Virus record (IMG/VR): IMGVR_UViG_3300047499_000113
Location: 124,001-188,000 of that record
Strand: one strand, 5' to 3'
DNA: 64,000 bases
Below, piece after piece: positions 11,124 through 20,519 of this stretch. A program made the translations under genes and the position numbers. Under the pieces are notes generated by a model. That model was not told the DNA's origin. It was given only the letters and a program-made list of their open reading frames with translations, and did not search any database. The stretch's first letter is position 1, and every line of letters begins with the position of its first letter.

Positions 11124-12176
11124 CTATGGAAGGTCGTACACGGTCATCACGATATATTCGTACGGATTGCTGCCAGAGTTGATGCTCACGGTAGCTGGGG
11201 TGACCGTCGTCTGCTGCCACTGGAGCTGGATCGTATGGGAGGTTCCAGGCGTGTTGGCGATCACTTGGGCCCCGCTCAAGCTCTGCGATACACCAGCGTA
11301 ATCGGTCGTGCCAGTCGCGAGGATCTTCGTCTGCGTGGCCCCGTCGAGCGAGAATCCCACCGTTGCACCGTTCTGCACGGCGTCGGAATCGTACGAATAA
11401 TCGACTTGCACCAAAATACGGGTCCCGTTGAAAGTCTGAGTCGTCGTCATCCCGCCCAGGTCCGCCAGGGGTGCATGGGACGCGAGTTGGTAGTCGAACC
11501 CGGTCGCGACCGTGTAAACGGCAAGTACCCCGCCACCATTCGTACCTGCGGGACCAGTCGGACCTTGCGGACCAGTCGGACCTTGCGGCCCACCAGAAGG
11601 ACCAGTCGGACCTTGCGGCCCTACCGGTCCTGTAGCTCCTTGAGGTCCTGTAGCTCCATTTATGCCCGCAGGACCCGTTGCGCCTTGGGGTCCAGTCAAG
11701 CCATCGACGCCAGCCGGTCCAGTCGAACCCTGGGGGCCGGTAGTGCCATCAGCACCAGTCGGTCCCTGAGGGCCTGTTGCACTAGGACCGGTTGCTCCCG
11801 CAGGACCCACAGGACCTTGGGGGCCGATGGGACCCTGAGGACCGAAACCAGGAGGTCCCTGAGGACCGGGCGGGCCTATAGGACCAATGGGTCCAGGCGG
11901 GCCCGGAACGAACTGCACAGGCGCGGCCGAGCCCTGGGCCACCAGCTGAGCGGTGAAGGAATAGGTGAATTGTCCCGGGCTCTGATTGGCACCCGTCAGA
12001 ACGATGTTTGTGATGAACGTATTCGGCGCGTTGAGCTGCGAGTAGACTGCAGCCGCATTCCCAAACACGAAACCCATCGGATCGGGCAGCGCCTGATCCG
12101 ACACCACAATGATGCCGGCCGATATGACGGCCGGATTCGAACTAGGAGTCCGATTGGCGCTGATCGTGGTGCTCAC
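11124..12176 (-). CDS. Collagen-like protein (N-domain, ~100-aa Gly-X-Y segment, beta-rich C-domain)
   Basis: [16 protein letters not shown]...[10 protein letters not shown] between non-repetitive domains. Confidence 0.85.
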   Translation of the reverse strand: MSTTISANRTPSSNPAVISAGIIVVSDQALPDPMGFVFGNAAAVYSQLNAPNTFITNIVLTGANQSPGQFTYSFTAQLVAQGSAAPVQFVPGPPGPIGPIGPPGPQGPPGFGPQGPIGPQGPVGPAGATGPSATGPQGPTGADGTTGPQGSTGPAGVDGLTGPQGATGPAGINGATGPQGATGPVGPQGPTGPSGGPQGPTGPQGPTGPAGTNGGGVLAVYTVATGFDYQLASHAPLADLGGMTTTQTFNGTRILVQVDYSYDSDAVQNGATVGFSLDGATQTKILATGTTDYAGVSQSLSGAQVIANTPGTSHTIQLQWQQTTVTPATVSINSGSNPYEYIVMTVYDLP

Positions 12177-12206
12177 ATCAGCACGCCGCCATAAACAGCT
12201 TGCCGC

Positions 12207-12641
12207 CTAGACGATGAGCTTGTCTTTCTTCGTCTCGGCGATCTTGGCGTCGAAGGTCGGAGCAGCCTCAAGGCCCCTGTCCTTGATGGCCTGAGACTTG
12301 GCTTCTTCCCAGGTGCCGGTCTCCTCGCCCTTGTAGTTGGGGAGTGCCTTCTTCGGCGGCCCGTACCTGTCGAGCTGGCGCTTTCCGGCGGCCTCGGCTG
12401 CCTTTTGGCGATACTGCTTGAATCTGTTGCCCTTGGACGGCCAGGAACCCGTGGGACCATCCTTCAGGACGATGTGCGGAGCGTACGGAACCCACTTGTA
12501 GTTGCAGGGGTCTCCGCACTGCACGCACGGAGGGTGCACGGCCCGCATGTCGTCCTTGATGGAGACCTCGACCTCGAAGACGGTTCGGTTTCCATCCGGG
12601 CCAAGGCACCCATCGTTGGTGCACTCGTACGTGTAGATCAT
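12207..12641 (-). CDS. FmdB-like zinc-ribbon protein
   Basis: MIYTYECTNDGC...FEV...PPCVQCG matches the Y-x-Y-x-C...C-x-x-C-G pattern of the FmdB (CxxC_CxxC_SSSS) family. Confidence 0.7.
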   Translation of the reverse strand: MIYTYECTNDGCLGPDGNRTVFEVEVSIKDDMRAVHPPCVQCGDPCNYKWVPYAPHIVLKDGPTGSWPSKGNRFKQYRQKAAEAAGKRQLDRYGPPKKALPNYKGEETGTWEEAKSQAIKDRGLEAAPTFDAKIAETKKDKLIV

Positions 12642-12649
12642 GGGCTACT

Positions 12650-14059
12650 CTACTGCTGCTCTTGCTGGCCCTGATCCTGGCCTTCCTCTTCCTCGGATTC
12701 CTCTTCCTCGGGCTCTTCCGGAGCCTCGTAGTCCGGGGTCTCCTCTTCCAGTTCGGAGAGGTCGACCTCGTACTCGGGCAATCCCTCTTCCTCCTCGAGA
12801 GCGTCCTTGACCGCCTCGTAATCCTCGGTCTCCTCCGGGATCTCGTAGTCGGGCTCCTCGGCGGGCGGCTCGTAGTCGGGCTCGAGTTCGGAAAGATCGA
12901 CTTCGTACTCCGGGAATTCCTCTTCCTCTTCGGCCTCGGGCTCTTCGGCGGCCTCCGGTTCGAGACCTCCCTCAGGCTCTTCCTCCCAATCGATTTCGAT
13001 CTCGGGGTCTTCCTCCTCGAGGTCCTCGATGGGAACTTCCGCTTCTCCCTCGAGCCTGTCCCAATCCTCGTCGACAACGTCGAGGATTTCGTCCGAATCC
13101 TTGTCCCAGTTCTCGTCGACGATCTCCTCCATGAAGTCGTCGAGTCGCTTGAGGACCGAGTATGCGTGCTTGCACAGGAAGTATTTCCTGTCGGGATCGC
13201 GAACGTCCGGCGGCGCGGCCGTGCCGAATGGCTGGCCGAGCATGTATGAGTTTTGCGATGCGTGGAACTCCGGGCCGTTGTAACGCCAGAACGGACAGTC
13301 ACATGAGAGCGCGACCTTGTCCACGTCCGACAGCGACGCTTGGACCACGCGAGCACCATGACCGCAGTTGACCGAGAACGTAAAGATCCGGCTCTTCTTG
13401 TCGTAGCTCGTGAGCGAAACGCGGCAGCTCTGCGCGTTGCGCTTGATCTTCTCGGGAACTCTCGGCTCGAGTTCTTCCGGCTTCATCGCCTGACGTCGTG
13501 CCCGCCAGGGAAGCTCCAGCAGGGCTACCAGCTGGATCGAGGAGTGCCGAATCGGCTTCTCCTTGGTCCTGTACGGATAGTCCCAATACTGGGTGATGTC
13601 GACATCTTCGACGAATGTCGTGTCGGTCGGGGTCTGGATGTTCTCGTCGTACTGATATTCCTGGTGGTGAGTGACCGAGTCGGCCTCGCCGTCCTTCGTG
13701 TCGAAGATCGATCCGGGTTCCGAGGACGGAATCGTGGGCTCGTTGTCCTCGTACTTGAACGTCTTGGTTCCGAACCAGTCGGCCTCGTTCTCGCCACCGT
13801 CACCGAGTGGAGTGGCACCGTCCGCAAAACGCCGGCGCGCAATCCGACTCGCCAGATGGCGTCGAGATGCAACCTGGATCGTCTCGACCTTGATCGGAAT
13901 GAGGAAGAGAGGCTTGAGATGATCCGGAATCGCCGCCGCGAACGAGATGATGTCGGGATACACCTCCTGGCAAAGGAACGCGTACTGCGCTGCCTCGCTC
14001 AGGATGAATCCGTGCGGGAAATCCTTCTTGTCGGACGCCTGCTGCGAGTTGCGGATCAT
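12650..14059 (-). CDS. SWIM zinc-finger protein with very acidic C-terminal tail (probable virion/internal protein)
   Basis: LSCDCPFW...LCKHAYSVL is a CxC...CxH SWIM motif. Glu-rich tail with repeated PEYEVDLSELE. Confidence 0.7.
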   Translation of the reverse strand: MIRNSQQASDKKDFPHGFILSEAAQYAFLCQEVYPDIISFAAAIPDHLKPLFLIPIKVETIQVASRRHLASRIARRRFADGATPLGDGGENEADWFGTKTFKYEDNEPTIPSSEPGSIFDTKDGEADSVTHHQEYQYDENIQTPTDTTFVEDVDITQYWDYPYRTKEKPIRHSSIQLVALLELPWRARRQAMKPEELEPRVPEKIKRNAQSCRVSLTSYDKKSRIFTFSVNCGHGARVVQASLSDVDKVALSCDCPFWRYNGPEFHASQNSYMLGQPFGTAAPPDVRDPDRKYFLCKHAYSVLKRLDDFMEEIVDENWDKDSDEILDVVDEDWDRLEGEAEVPIEDLEEEDPEIEIDWEEEPEGGLEPEAAEEPEAEEEEEFPEYEVDLSELEPDYEPPAEEPDYEIPEETEDYEAVKDALEEEEGLPEYEVDLSELEEETPDYEAPEEPEEEESEEEEGQDQGQQEQQ

Positions 14060-14454
14060 TTGTCGACCTCGTAGTCGTACTCCGGGGCCGATGCCCGCTG
14101 CTGAGGAGTAGGCTGTCGCCCGGTCCTGCGCGGAGTACGGAGCCGCACGTCCTCCAGGACGCGCTCCAACTCGTCAACCTTCTCCGGCCTCAGAACTTGT
14201 CGCAGTTCTTCGTAGTCGAACTTGTCGACTGCCATGGCAGCAGCCTGGAGAGCGCGCTCGAGCTTGAGCATGCACTCTGGCACGGCATGGATGATGTCGC
14301 CCGCCACAGCGTAGAAGTGATCTCGCTGTGGCGAGGCATGCACCAAATCCAACGCTCGGACTACGTAGCTCTTGAGTTCGTCCGCACGCAGGCGAGCATC
14401 GGATAGCTCCTCCTGAATGTAGAGACTCACATGAGCCGTACGTTTGGTGCTCAT
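14056..14454 (-). CDS. Hypothetical helical protein (probable head-associated)
   Basis: 132 aa, overlaps both neighbours by 4 nt, begins MSTKRTA. Confidence 0.65.
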   Translation of the reverse strand: MSTKRTAHVSLYIQEELSDARLRADELKSYVVRALDLVHASPQRDHFYAVAGDIIHAVPECMLKLERALQAAAMAVDKFDYEELRQVLRPEKVDELERVLEDVRLRTPRRTGRQPTPQQRASAPEYDYEVDK

Positions 14455-14963
14455 ATTTGTCTCGATGCTCGGAGCCTGAGAATGGCGTCAACTGCTGCCT
14501 GAGCCTCTTCAGGTGTCATCCAATCAGACTTCATTCGATTGCAAAAGCCGCAGCAAGAGACAACGTTTCCGATTACATATCCGACGTTGCTGTTGAGACG
14601 ATCGAGGCCACAACCTTTCTTCACCGGCTCACCAAGTTTGCCCTTGCAATAATAGCAAGGTTGACTCACCAGAATGATATATGACTCCAGAGAGAGAGTG
14701 AATTCAAGCCCACGATCTCGAGCTACCCATTTGGCTTTCTGGTATCTTCCACGAGCTGTACCGACATACTTGTGTCGACCAGCAATAGTCGCCGGTTTTT
14801 TATTGTGGCACTCGTAGCAGACATTGCTTCTTCCGTCCTTAAGACGCTTGTTTGGCCGGAAAAGCGCAAGCGGTTTGTCGAGACCACACTTGATGCAGTT
14901 TTTAGCTCTGACTTCCTCCTCGGGAGCCATAGGCATCAACTGATGAACAGTCGCCTCCGCCAT
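14451..14963 (-). CDS. HNH-type (His-Cys) homing endonuclease
   Basis: CIKCG...CYEC zinc motif, then PCYYC...GLDRLNSNVGYVIGNVVSCCGFCNRMKS. Visibly AT-richer than its flanks. Confidence 0.8.
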   Translation of the reverse strand: MAEATVHQLMPMAPEEEVRAKNCIKCGLDKPLALFRPNKRLKDGRSNVCYECHNKKPATIAGRHKYVGTARGRYQKAKWVARDRGLEFTLSLESYIILVSQPCYYCKGKLGEPVKKGCGLDRLNSNVGYVIGNVVSCCGFCNRMKSDWMTPEEAQAAVDAILRLRASRQI

Positions 14964-15003
14964 TTCGGTTTAGGCGGCCCATCAAAGTCTTGGGGCCGCC
15001 CAA

Positions 15004-16107
15004 TCAGGCGCCGAACTGCTTGGGATACGTCTTCTCGAGCATCTTGCGCATCTGGTCGCCCTCGGCGGCATAGAGAGCCTCGAGGAACTGCTGGGATGCG
15101 CCGTGCTTCTTGACGGCATCCATGCGGTCCTTGAGCTTGCCCGTGAAAGACCAATCCGCCGGGAAGTCCGGGTCGATGCGCCGGGCCATGCGGATCTTGG
15201 GCGGCAGCTTCGTGTCGATCTTGACGTCCTTGGACGTCGCCTTCACGGTCTTGCCGTTCTTGGCCGCGGCGCGCTCCGCACGGATGTTGCTTGTGTCGGC
15301 GACGCTCACGCCCTCGGCGTTGCCCATACCCCTCGAGGAATGGCGCACCTTGCCGACGACCGTGCCCTCGTTCTCGTCCCCGATCTCGACAGGGGCATTG
15401 CGGTTCATCCTGCTGGTCGTGCGGATGTTGATGCCCTCCTGCTCGGTCTCTTCGTACTGCTGACGAAGCGGAATGGCACCCGACCCGGCGATGTTGTCGA
15501 GCCGATGCTTGAGCTGCGATGCCCCAGCCGACGTCATGTCGATCTTGCCAGCATTGGCCGGCGTACGCAGGCGCGCGACAGGCGTGTAGTCCTGCTCCTC
15601 GATAGCGCCCGGATTGACGACCAGGCCGCTCGACTTCCAGCCGGTCTTCTTGGGCTGCGGCCGATTGGCGGAGGTGATCACGCGCGGTTGCGCCCGGATG
15701 TTGCGGCCACCGGGGTTGTGCATGTCGGCCCGAGCCTCGGGGCGCCTGTCGGACACGTGCATCACCGTGTCCTCGTCCATACTGTCGGTCTCCATCGAGT
15801 TGGCCTCGTGGCGCTGCACGCGTTGGAGATCCGTGTTCTTCGTCTGCGACTTGGCCACCTGGCGCGACGGCACCACCGCAGCCACGTGACCATCGATCTC
15901 GGCCTCGTCGTCGGTGAACCACCCTTGGTTGACGGACGACCGGAGGCTCGGGCCGATGGGGAGGTCCATCCCGGCGTATTTGAGCAGAGTCCCGTCGTAC
16001 TGGACCTGTTCACCCTTGTCGATGGTGACGCTGTGTGGGCCACCAAGACGAATCTTCATCTTGGCGTAAAGGGTGACGAAATCGTTGCGTTGCCAACGGA
16101 TGTCCAT
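15004..16107 (-). CDS. Hypothetical protein (probable late/virion protein)
   Basis: 367 aa with AAGGAG RBS and strong GC3 bias. Confidence 0.75.
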   Translation of the reverse strand: MDIRWQRNDFVTLYAKMKIRLGGPHSVTIDKGEQVQYDGTLLKYAGMDLPIGPSLRSSVNQGWFTDDEAEIDGHVAAVVPSRQVAKSQTKNTDLQRVQRHEANSMETDSMDEDTVMHVSDRRPEARADMHNPGGRNIRAQPRVITSANRPQPKKTGWKSSGLVVNPGAIEEQDYTPVARLRTPANAGKIDMTSAGASQLKHRLDNIAGSGAIPLRQQYEETEQEGINIRTTSRMNRNAPVEIGDENEGTVVGKVRHSSRGMGNAEGVSVADTSNIRAERAAAKNGKTVKATSKDVKIDTKLPPKIRMARRIDPDFPADWSFTGKLKDRMDAVKKHGASQQFLEALYAAEGDQMRKMLEKTYPKQFGA

Positions 16108-16170
16108 AGTGCAAACTCCTTCGGGCTTGCACTATTGTACCGAAAAATTGCGCCAGTTGTTATAAAAAGG

Positions 16171-16578
16171 CTACCGAATAACCCGGCGGGGCGGCGCGCT
16201 GGTCACCACGTCCTGGTCCGATTCCTGCGGCTTCTTCGTGCCTGGCTCGCGCCGAAGTTCCGTGATGAACTCATCGACATCATGCTTGAGGCTGCGCAGA
16301 GCGGGGACGAGCTTGTCGGGCTCCTCGGTCTTGCGCACGAACTTCATCGCTTCCTCGACGTCCTTGCCCTCGTCGGTGTCCCAAATCGACAGCTCGACGT
16401 CATCGGCGGCGATGGAAAGTATTTCTCGAGCGACGCGCTCGATGCGCTGCTGACGACACAGCGCCGAAGCGAGGAGCTTCAGGTCTTGGCGGACGAGGGT
16501 GTTGCTGGGCTGCTCACTGGCGTCGATCTTGGTTGCAATTCGACGCAGAATAGAGGCTACCTTGTCCGGCGCGAGCAT
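16171..16578 (-). CDS. Small probable internal-head protein with VAxILRxIA...PS...V..DL module
   Basis: Start chosen at ATG 16578 (MLAPDKVASILRRIA), just downstream of the putative late motif. Module shared with the 24274-25230 protein. Confidence 0.65.
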   Translation of the reverse strand: MLAPDKVASILRRIATKIDASEQPSNTLVRQDLKLLASALCRQQRIERVAREILSIAADDVELSIWDTDEGKDVEEAMKFVRKTEEPDKLVPALRSLKHDVDEFITELRREPGTKKPQESDQDVVTSAPPRRVIR

Positions 16579-16638
16579 ACTTCCCTGGGGCATAAAAACC
16601 TACGTAAATGTCTGTTCGAATAAGGTACGAGGCGGCCA

Positions 16639-18636
16639 ATGCGGAAGCGTTTCTTCAAGTTCACAATCGGGGCGGTTCTATTCGTGATGCTCCTGTTCGT
16701 GGGCTTGTGGTTGGTAGCCCCCGTTTTCGCCAAGAACAAGGCAATCGAGCGGGCCCAAGCGATGGGCCTGACAATGACTGTGAACTCCGTGAATCACTCG
16801 GACGGCGGTTACCTGTTCGAAGGGATTCACATCAGCTCCAAAGAGCTGCCCATCGAAGCCGACATCGATCAAGCGATGGCGATTGTCGATGGATCGAAGC
16901 TGCGCGCTCTGACCGTCCACGGTGGGAAGGTCGTCGTCCACGGGAGAGTGTCCGAAGTCCGCGGTCAGTGGCAATCGTGGCGAGACAAACACCACGGCAA
17001 TGGCAGTGGTGAGAAGGCCGTCATTATGGCCGACAAACTCCAGCTCACGTGGCAGGCACCATGTGGCGGAGACGATGCTTCTGCTACAGGCGTTTCGGTC
17101 AACAACACGGACCTGGTCGTGCAAGCGAGCGATGTAACCGCAAGTTGCCTCGGGTGGAAAGCCCACTCCACTGACGTGAAGGCATCTTTGCAGAGTGTGG
17201 AAATCGGCAAGCTCGAGATTACGCGTTCCGGAGCAACAGGGCCAGCAACCACGTCACCCAGGAACCTCGACACCAGAGAGTTCCCCGTGCAGGGGTCCAT
17301 TCCAAACCTGGTCGTCAGAGAGCTGAACGTCGACGACAAGCCCCACACGCTCCACGCGAAGAACCTTGTGTTCCGCGGCGATTCCGACTCTGGCGACACG
17401 GCGTACACGAAGTTCTCCTTCGACGAGATGGAGGCTGACCTTCCGAAGGTTCACAAAGTGAGTCTCGGGAAGACTGGGACCGAGGGCTGGCTGAGTGACT
17501 TGTCGTCCGGCGGATACGCGCTCTTCTCCTTCACCGTGAAGTCGGATGGAGCCCGCGGCAAAGTGCAAGGCGTCACAGGCAATCGGGTGACCCTAGGGAC
17601 AACGGAGTTGGTCCTCGCAGGAAGCCTGCCTCCGGATTCTACGTGGAAGTCACCGCATGTTCTCTTCGACGAGAGAACCCACGTGAAAGTGGAAGAGGTG
17701 CAGGTCAACTTCAAGGGTGAGTGGAAACCCGGTCGACTGCAAGCTGACGTAGAACTCCCCGACACGGACTGCCAGAAACTCCTTGACGCGGTTCCAGCGG
17801 GAATGAACCGAGCCATCATGGGTTTGAAGATGAAGGGCTCGGCGGAAATGCAGCTCCACGTCGAGAAAGACGACAACCTCGCCGAACCCGTCGTGAAGCT
17901 CCACCTGTTCGATCACTGCAAGGTCACGAGTCCGCCGGATGGGGCTGACCGAGCCACACTGCGATCGAGCTTCATGCGTGTAGTGCAAGGCCCGATGGGA
18001 GAGGGTGTCGAAATCCCTACGGGACCAAGCTCAGGCAAATGGATGCCGCTGGGCGATATGTCACCCTTCCTCGTCGATGCCATCCAAGTGACGGAGGACC
18101 CGGGCTTCTTCGGTCACTACGGATTCGAGCCGTCCGCCATCGAGAACTCGCTCAAGACGGACATTTCGCTCGGTAGGTTCGCACGGGGCGCGAGCACGGT
18201 CACCATGCAGCTCGCCAAAAACCTGTGGTTGTCGCGCGAGAAGACCATCGCCAGGAAGATCCAGGAAGCCTTCCTCACCATCTACCTCGAGCAGACGCTC
18301 TCCAAGCAAGAGATTCTGGAGACGTACTTCAACGTCGTCGAGTTTGGACCGATGGTGTACGGCATCACGGACGCGGCCAACTTCTACTTCAATACTATTC
18401 CGTCCAACCTCACACTCTCGCAGGCGCTCTTCCTGTGCTCGATTCTACCCAACCCCAAGCAGAATTGGTTCGGGGCAGACGGGCAGCTGCAACCAGGTCG
18501 GCTCAAGTGGCTACAGACGCTCATGGTCGCACTCGAGCACCGTCATCTCATCACGCAGACGCAGTATGAAGAGGGCGTGACCGAGATTCCCGTTCGAGGA
18601 ATGCCGAAGCCGGCGCGTGCACTAGCGCTTGAATGA
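16639..18636 (+). CDS. Membrane-anchored monofunctional peptidoglycan transglycosylase (GT51, MtgA-like C-terminal domain)
   Basis: N-terminal TM helix. GT51 motifs TEDPGFFGHYG, GASTVTMQLAKNL, RKIQE, KQEILETYFN and YGITDAANFYF. No transpeptidase domain. Confidence 0.92.
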   Translation: MRKRFFKFTIGAVLFVMLLFVGLWLVAPVFAKNKAIERAQAMGLTMTVNSVNHSDGGYLFEGIHISSKELPIEADIDQAMAIVDGSKLRALTVHGGKVVVHGRVSEVRGQWQSWRDKHHGNGSGEKAVIMADKLQLTWQAPCGGDDASATGVSVNNTDLVVQASDVTASCLGWKAHSTDVKASLQSVEIGKLEITRSGATGPATTSPRNLDTREFPVQGSIPNLVVRELNVDDKPHTLHAKNLVFRGDSDSGDTAYTKFSFDEMEADLPKVHKVSLGKTGTEGWLSDLSSGGYALFSFTVKSDGARGKVQGVTGNRVTLGTTELVLAGSLPPDSTWKSPHVLFDERTHVKVEEVQVNFKGEWKPGRLQADVELPDTDCQKLLDAVPAGMNRAIMGLKMKGSAEMQLHVEKDDNLAEPVVKLHLFDHCKVTSPPDGADRATLRSSFMRVVQGPMGEGVEIPTGPSSGKWMPLGDMSPFLVDAIQVTEDPGFFGHYGFEPSAIENSLKTDISLGRFARGASTVTMQLAKNLWLSREKTIARKIQEAFLTIYLEQTLSKQEILETYFNVVEFGPMVYGITDAANFYFNTIPSNLTLSQALFLCSILPNPKQNWFGADGQLQPGRLKWLQTLMVALEHRHLITQTQYEEGVTEIPVRGMPKPARALALE

Positions 18637-19317
18637 GATCTTGCTCGGCTCCTTCGCATCCTCGATGAGACTATCGAGGTATGGAAGAACGTCCTTGTTG
18701 GGCGCGAGCTTGAAGGGACCGAGCCACTTCACCTCGGCATCGTCGAGCTTCTGGATCGACTCGTCCAGATTCAGAGGGTCGACCTTCGAAATGTCGAGGA
18801 ATCCGACCTCCGTAGGGTCGGCGAGCCGCTGCCGTTCCGGCAGGAACATATTTTCGGGACCGCTCGTGAAATGGATGGCCCGGAAGACGAACGTCCAGCG
18901 AGTATTCTTCGGCACCGGATAACCAGTGCGCATCTGGAATGCAACGCTGTGGCGCGAGATCGACTTGTCGAAATCGGGCATCAGCGCGAACGCGTAGCGC
19001 TTGTTCTTCTGCCGCAGGTGAAAGTGGAACCACTCGGTGGGCTTACCCTCGGCCCACATTTTGAGGTGCTCGACGATGTTGTCCGCATCCTTCATCAGGA
19101 AGACGGGTCGCATCTCGTAGTCGGTGTCCGACTTGACGTTGTGCTTGAACCAGAGACAAGCCTCGGCGGCTCCGCTCGGAAGCTGATCGAGGCCCTCCAT
19201 CAGCTCCGCGGTCCGCTCGGGCGGGATGAGCTGCATTGGGTCTCCCACCAGCAAGGGAACGTAGCTGATGAGGACGATGGACATCCCGGGCGACTTCTCG
19301 TCCTTGGGCTTACTCAC
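18622..19317 (-). CDS. Hypothetical protein
   Basis: 231 aa. TACTTT -10-like box 5 nt before the GTG. Confidence 0.7.
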   Translation of the reverse strand: MSKPKDEKSPGMSIVLISYVPLLVGDPMQLIPPERTAELMEGLDQLPSGAAEACLWFKHNVKSDTDYEMRPVFLMKDADNIVEHLKMWAEGKPTEWFHFHLRQKNKRYAFALMPDFDKSISRHSVAFQMRTGYPVPKNTRWTFVFRAIHFTSGPENMFLPERQRLADPTEVGFLDISKVDPLNLDESIQKLDDAEVKWLGPFKLAPNKDVLPYLDSLIEDAKEPSKISFKR

Positions 19318-19355
19318 CGCGGAAAGTACGCCGCCCGGGATCTGGACTTACGCGG

Positions 19356-20471
19356 TCAGGCCGCTTCTTCGGACTTGTCCCAATCCGGCACCTCGTACAG
19401 GAGCCTCGTGCCGGCGACCAGGGAGCGATTGGCCGAGGTCGACTGAACGAAGACCGCGTACTTCTCGAAACTCACCGGCTTGAGCTTCACGTCCTCCCGG
19501 TCTTCACCCTTGCGCTCGCTCTGCGGAGGAAGCTCGAGCATTTCGCGCACTTTGGCGCCGTTGAAGATGTCGCCCGTGGACTTGTCCATGAGCACGATCT
19601 CCTTGAAGCCCTGAACGGTCTCGGCCTTCGTCAGCTCGTAAAATCCGCGACCCTTGCGGAACTCGACGCCCTGATCGCGGACGAAGTCGGCGATGCCCTG
19701 CTTCTTGTCGACGGGCAGGATTTGGAACCTGCCGGCCGGAACCGCATGCAGCGAGGCGTCGCCGGCGGCGAACGCGGGCTTGCGACCCAGCAAGATCGAG
19801 ATGATCTTGTCCAGGTTGCGGTTCATGCGCTTGTCTTCCTTCAGCTCCTTCTCGAAGCCCTGGAGCTGCTCGTCGCCACCCTGCTTGTAGCAGACGGCCA
19901 TGATGAGGTCGTTGATGGTCGCGAACTGGTCGAGCGTCAGGTAGAATCCGCCAGTCTTCTTGGCGATCTCCTCGTAGAAGCTCTTGGAGTGCTTGCGGCA
20001 GCCCGGCATCGCGTGGACGCCGTAGACGTTGATGCCCGCCTCGAGCAGGAGTCCCAGCTCGTTGCGCCAGTCGATCTTCTTCTTGTTGTCCGGATACGTC
20101 GGTCCGTGCGGGACGTCGTCGCCGATCATCACCAGGACCTTCGACTTGCCCGAGGTCCACTTGAGAGTGCGCGCCTGGTGGAGCACCAGCTCGTAGCACT
20201 CCGGGGAGTCCCCTCCGCCCGTGGGCTCCACCTTGTCGATGAAAGACGTGACCTTCTTCACGTCGTCCGTCAGATCGAGGATCTTGGTGACGTACGAACT
20301 TCCAGCGTCGCAGTAGTCACCGTGAGCGATGACTCCCATCCGGAGCCCTTCGATGTCTCCGAAAAGCCGCTTGGCGGTGTCTTTGCAGTTTCGCCTCACC
20401 TGAGTGAGGCATGGGTACATAGACCCCGTGGTGTCGAACGTCAGGACCACATCGATCGAGGATTTGCCCAT
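19356..20471 (-). CDS. von Willebrand factor A (MIDAS) domain protein
   Basis: DVVLTFDTTGSM MIDAS motif, GGGDSPECYE and VMIGDDVPH. Start at ATG 20471 has a GGGAG RBS. Confidence 0.88.
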   Translation of the reverse strand: MGKSSIDVVLTFDTTGSMYPCLTQVRRNCKDTAKRLFGDIEGLRMGVIAHGDYCDAGSSYVTKILDLTDDVKKVTSFIDKVEPTGGGDSPECYELVLHQARTLKWTSGKSKVLVMIGDDVPHGPTYPDNKKKIDWRNELGLLLEAGINVYGVHAMPGCRKHSKSFYEEIAKKTGGFYLTLDQFATINDLIMAVCYKQGGDEQLQGFEKELKEDKRMNRNLDKIISILLGRKPAFAAGDASLHAVPAGRFQILPVDKKQGIADFVRDQGVEFRKGRGFYELTKAETVQGFKEIVLMDKSTGDIFNGAKVREMLELPPQSERKGEDREDVKLKPVSFEKYAVFVQSTSANRSLVAGTRLLYEVPDWDKSEEAA

Positions 20472-20519
20472 GCGGATACTCCCTTCTTGAAAGGGAGTGT
20501 ACAGGCGCACGGTCGAGAT

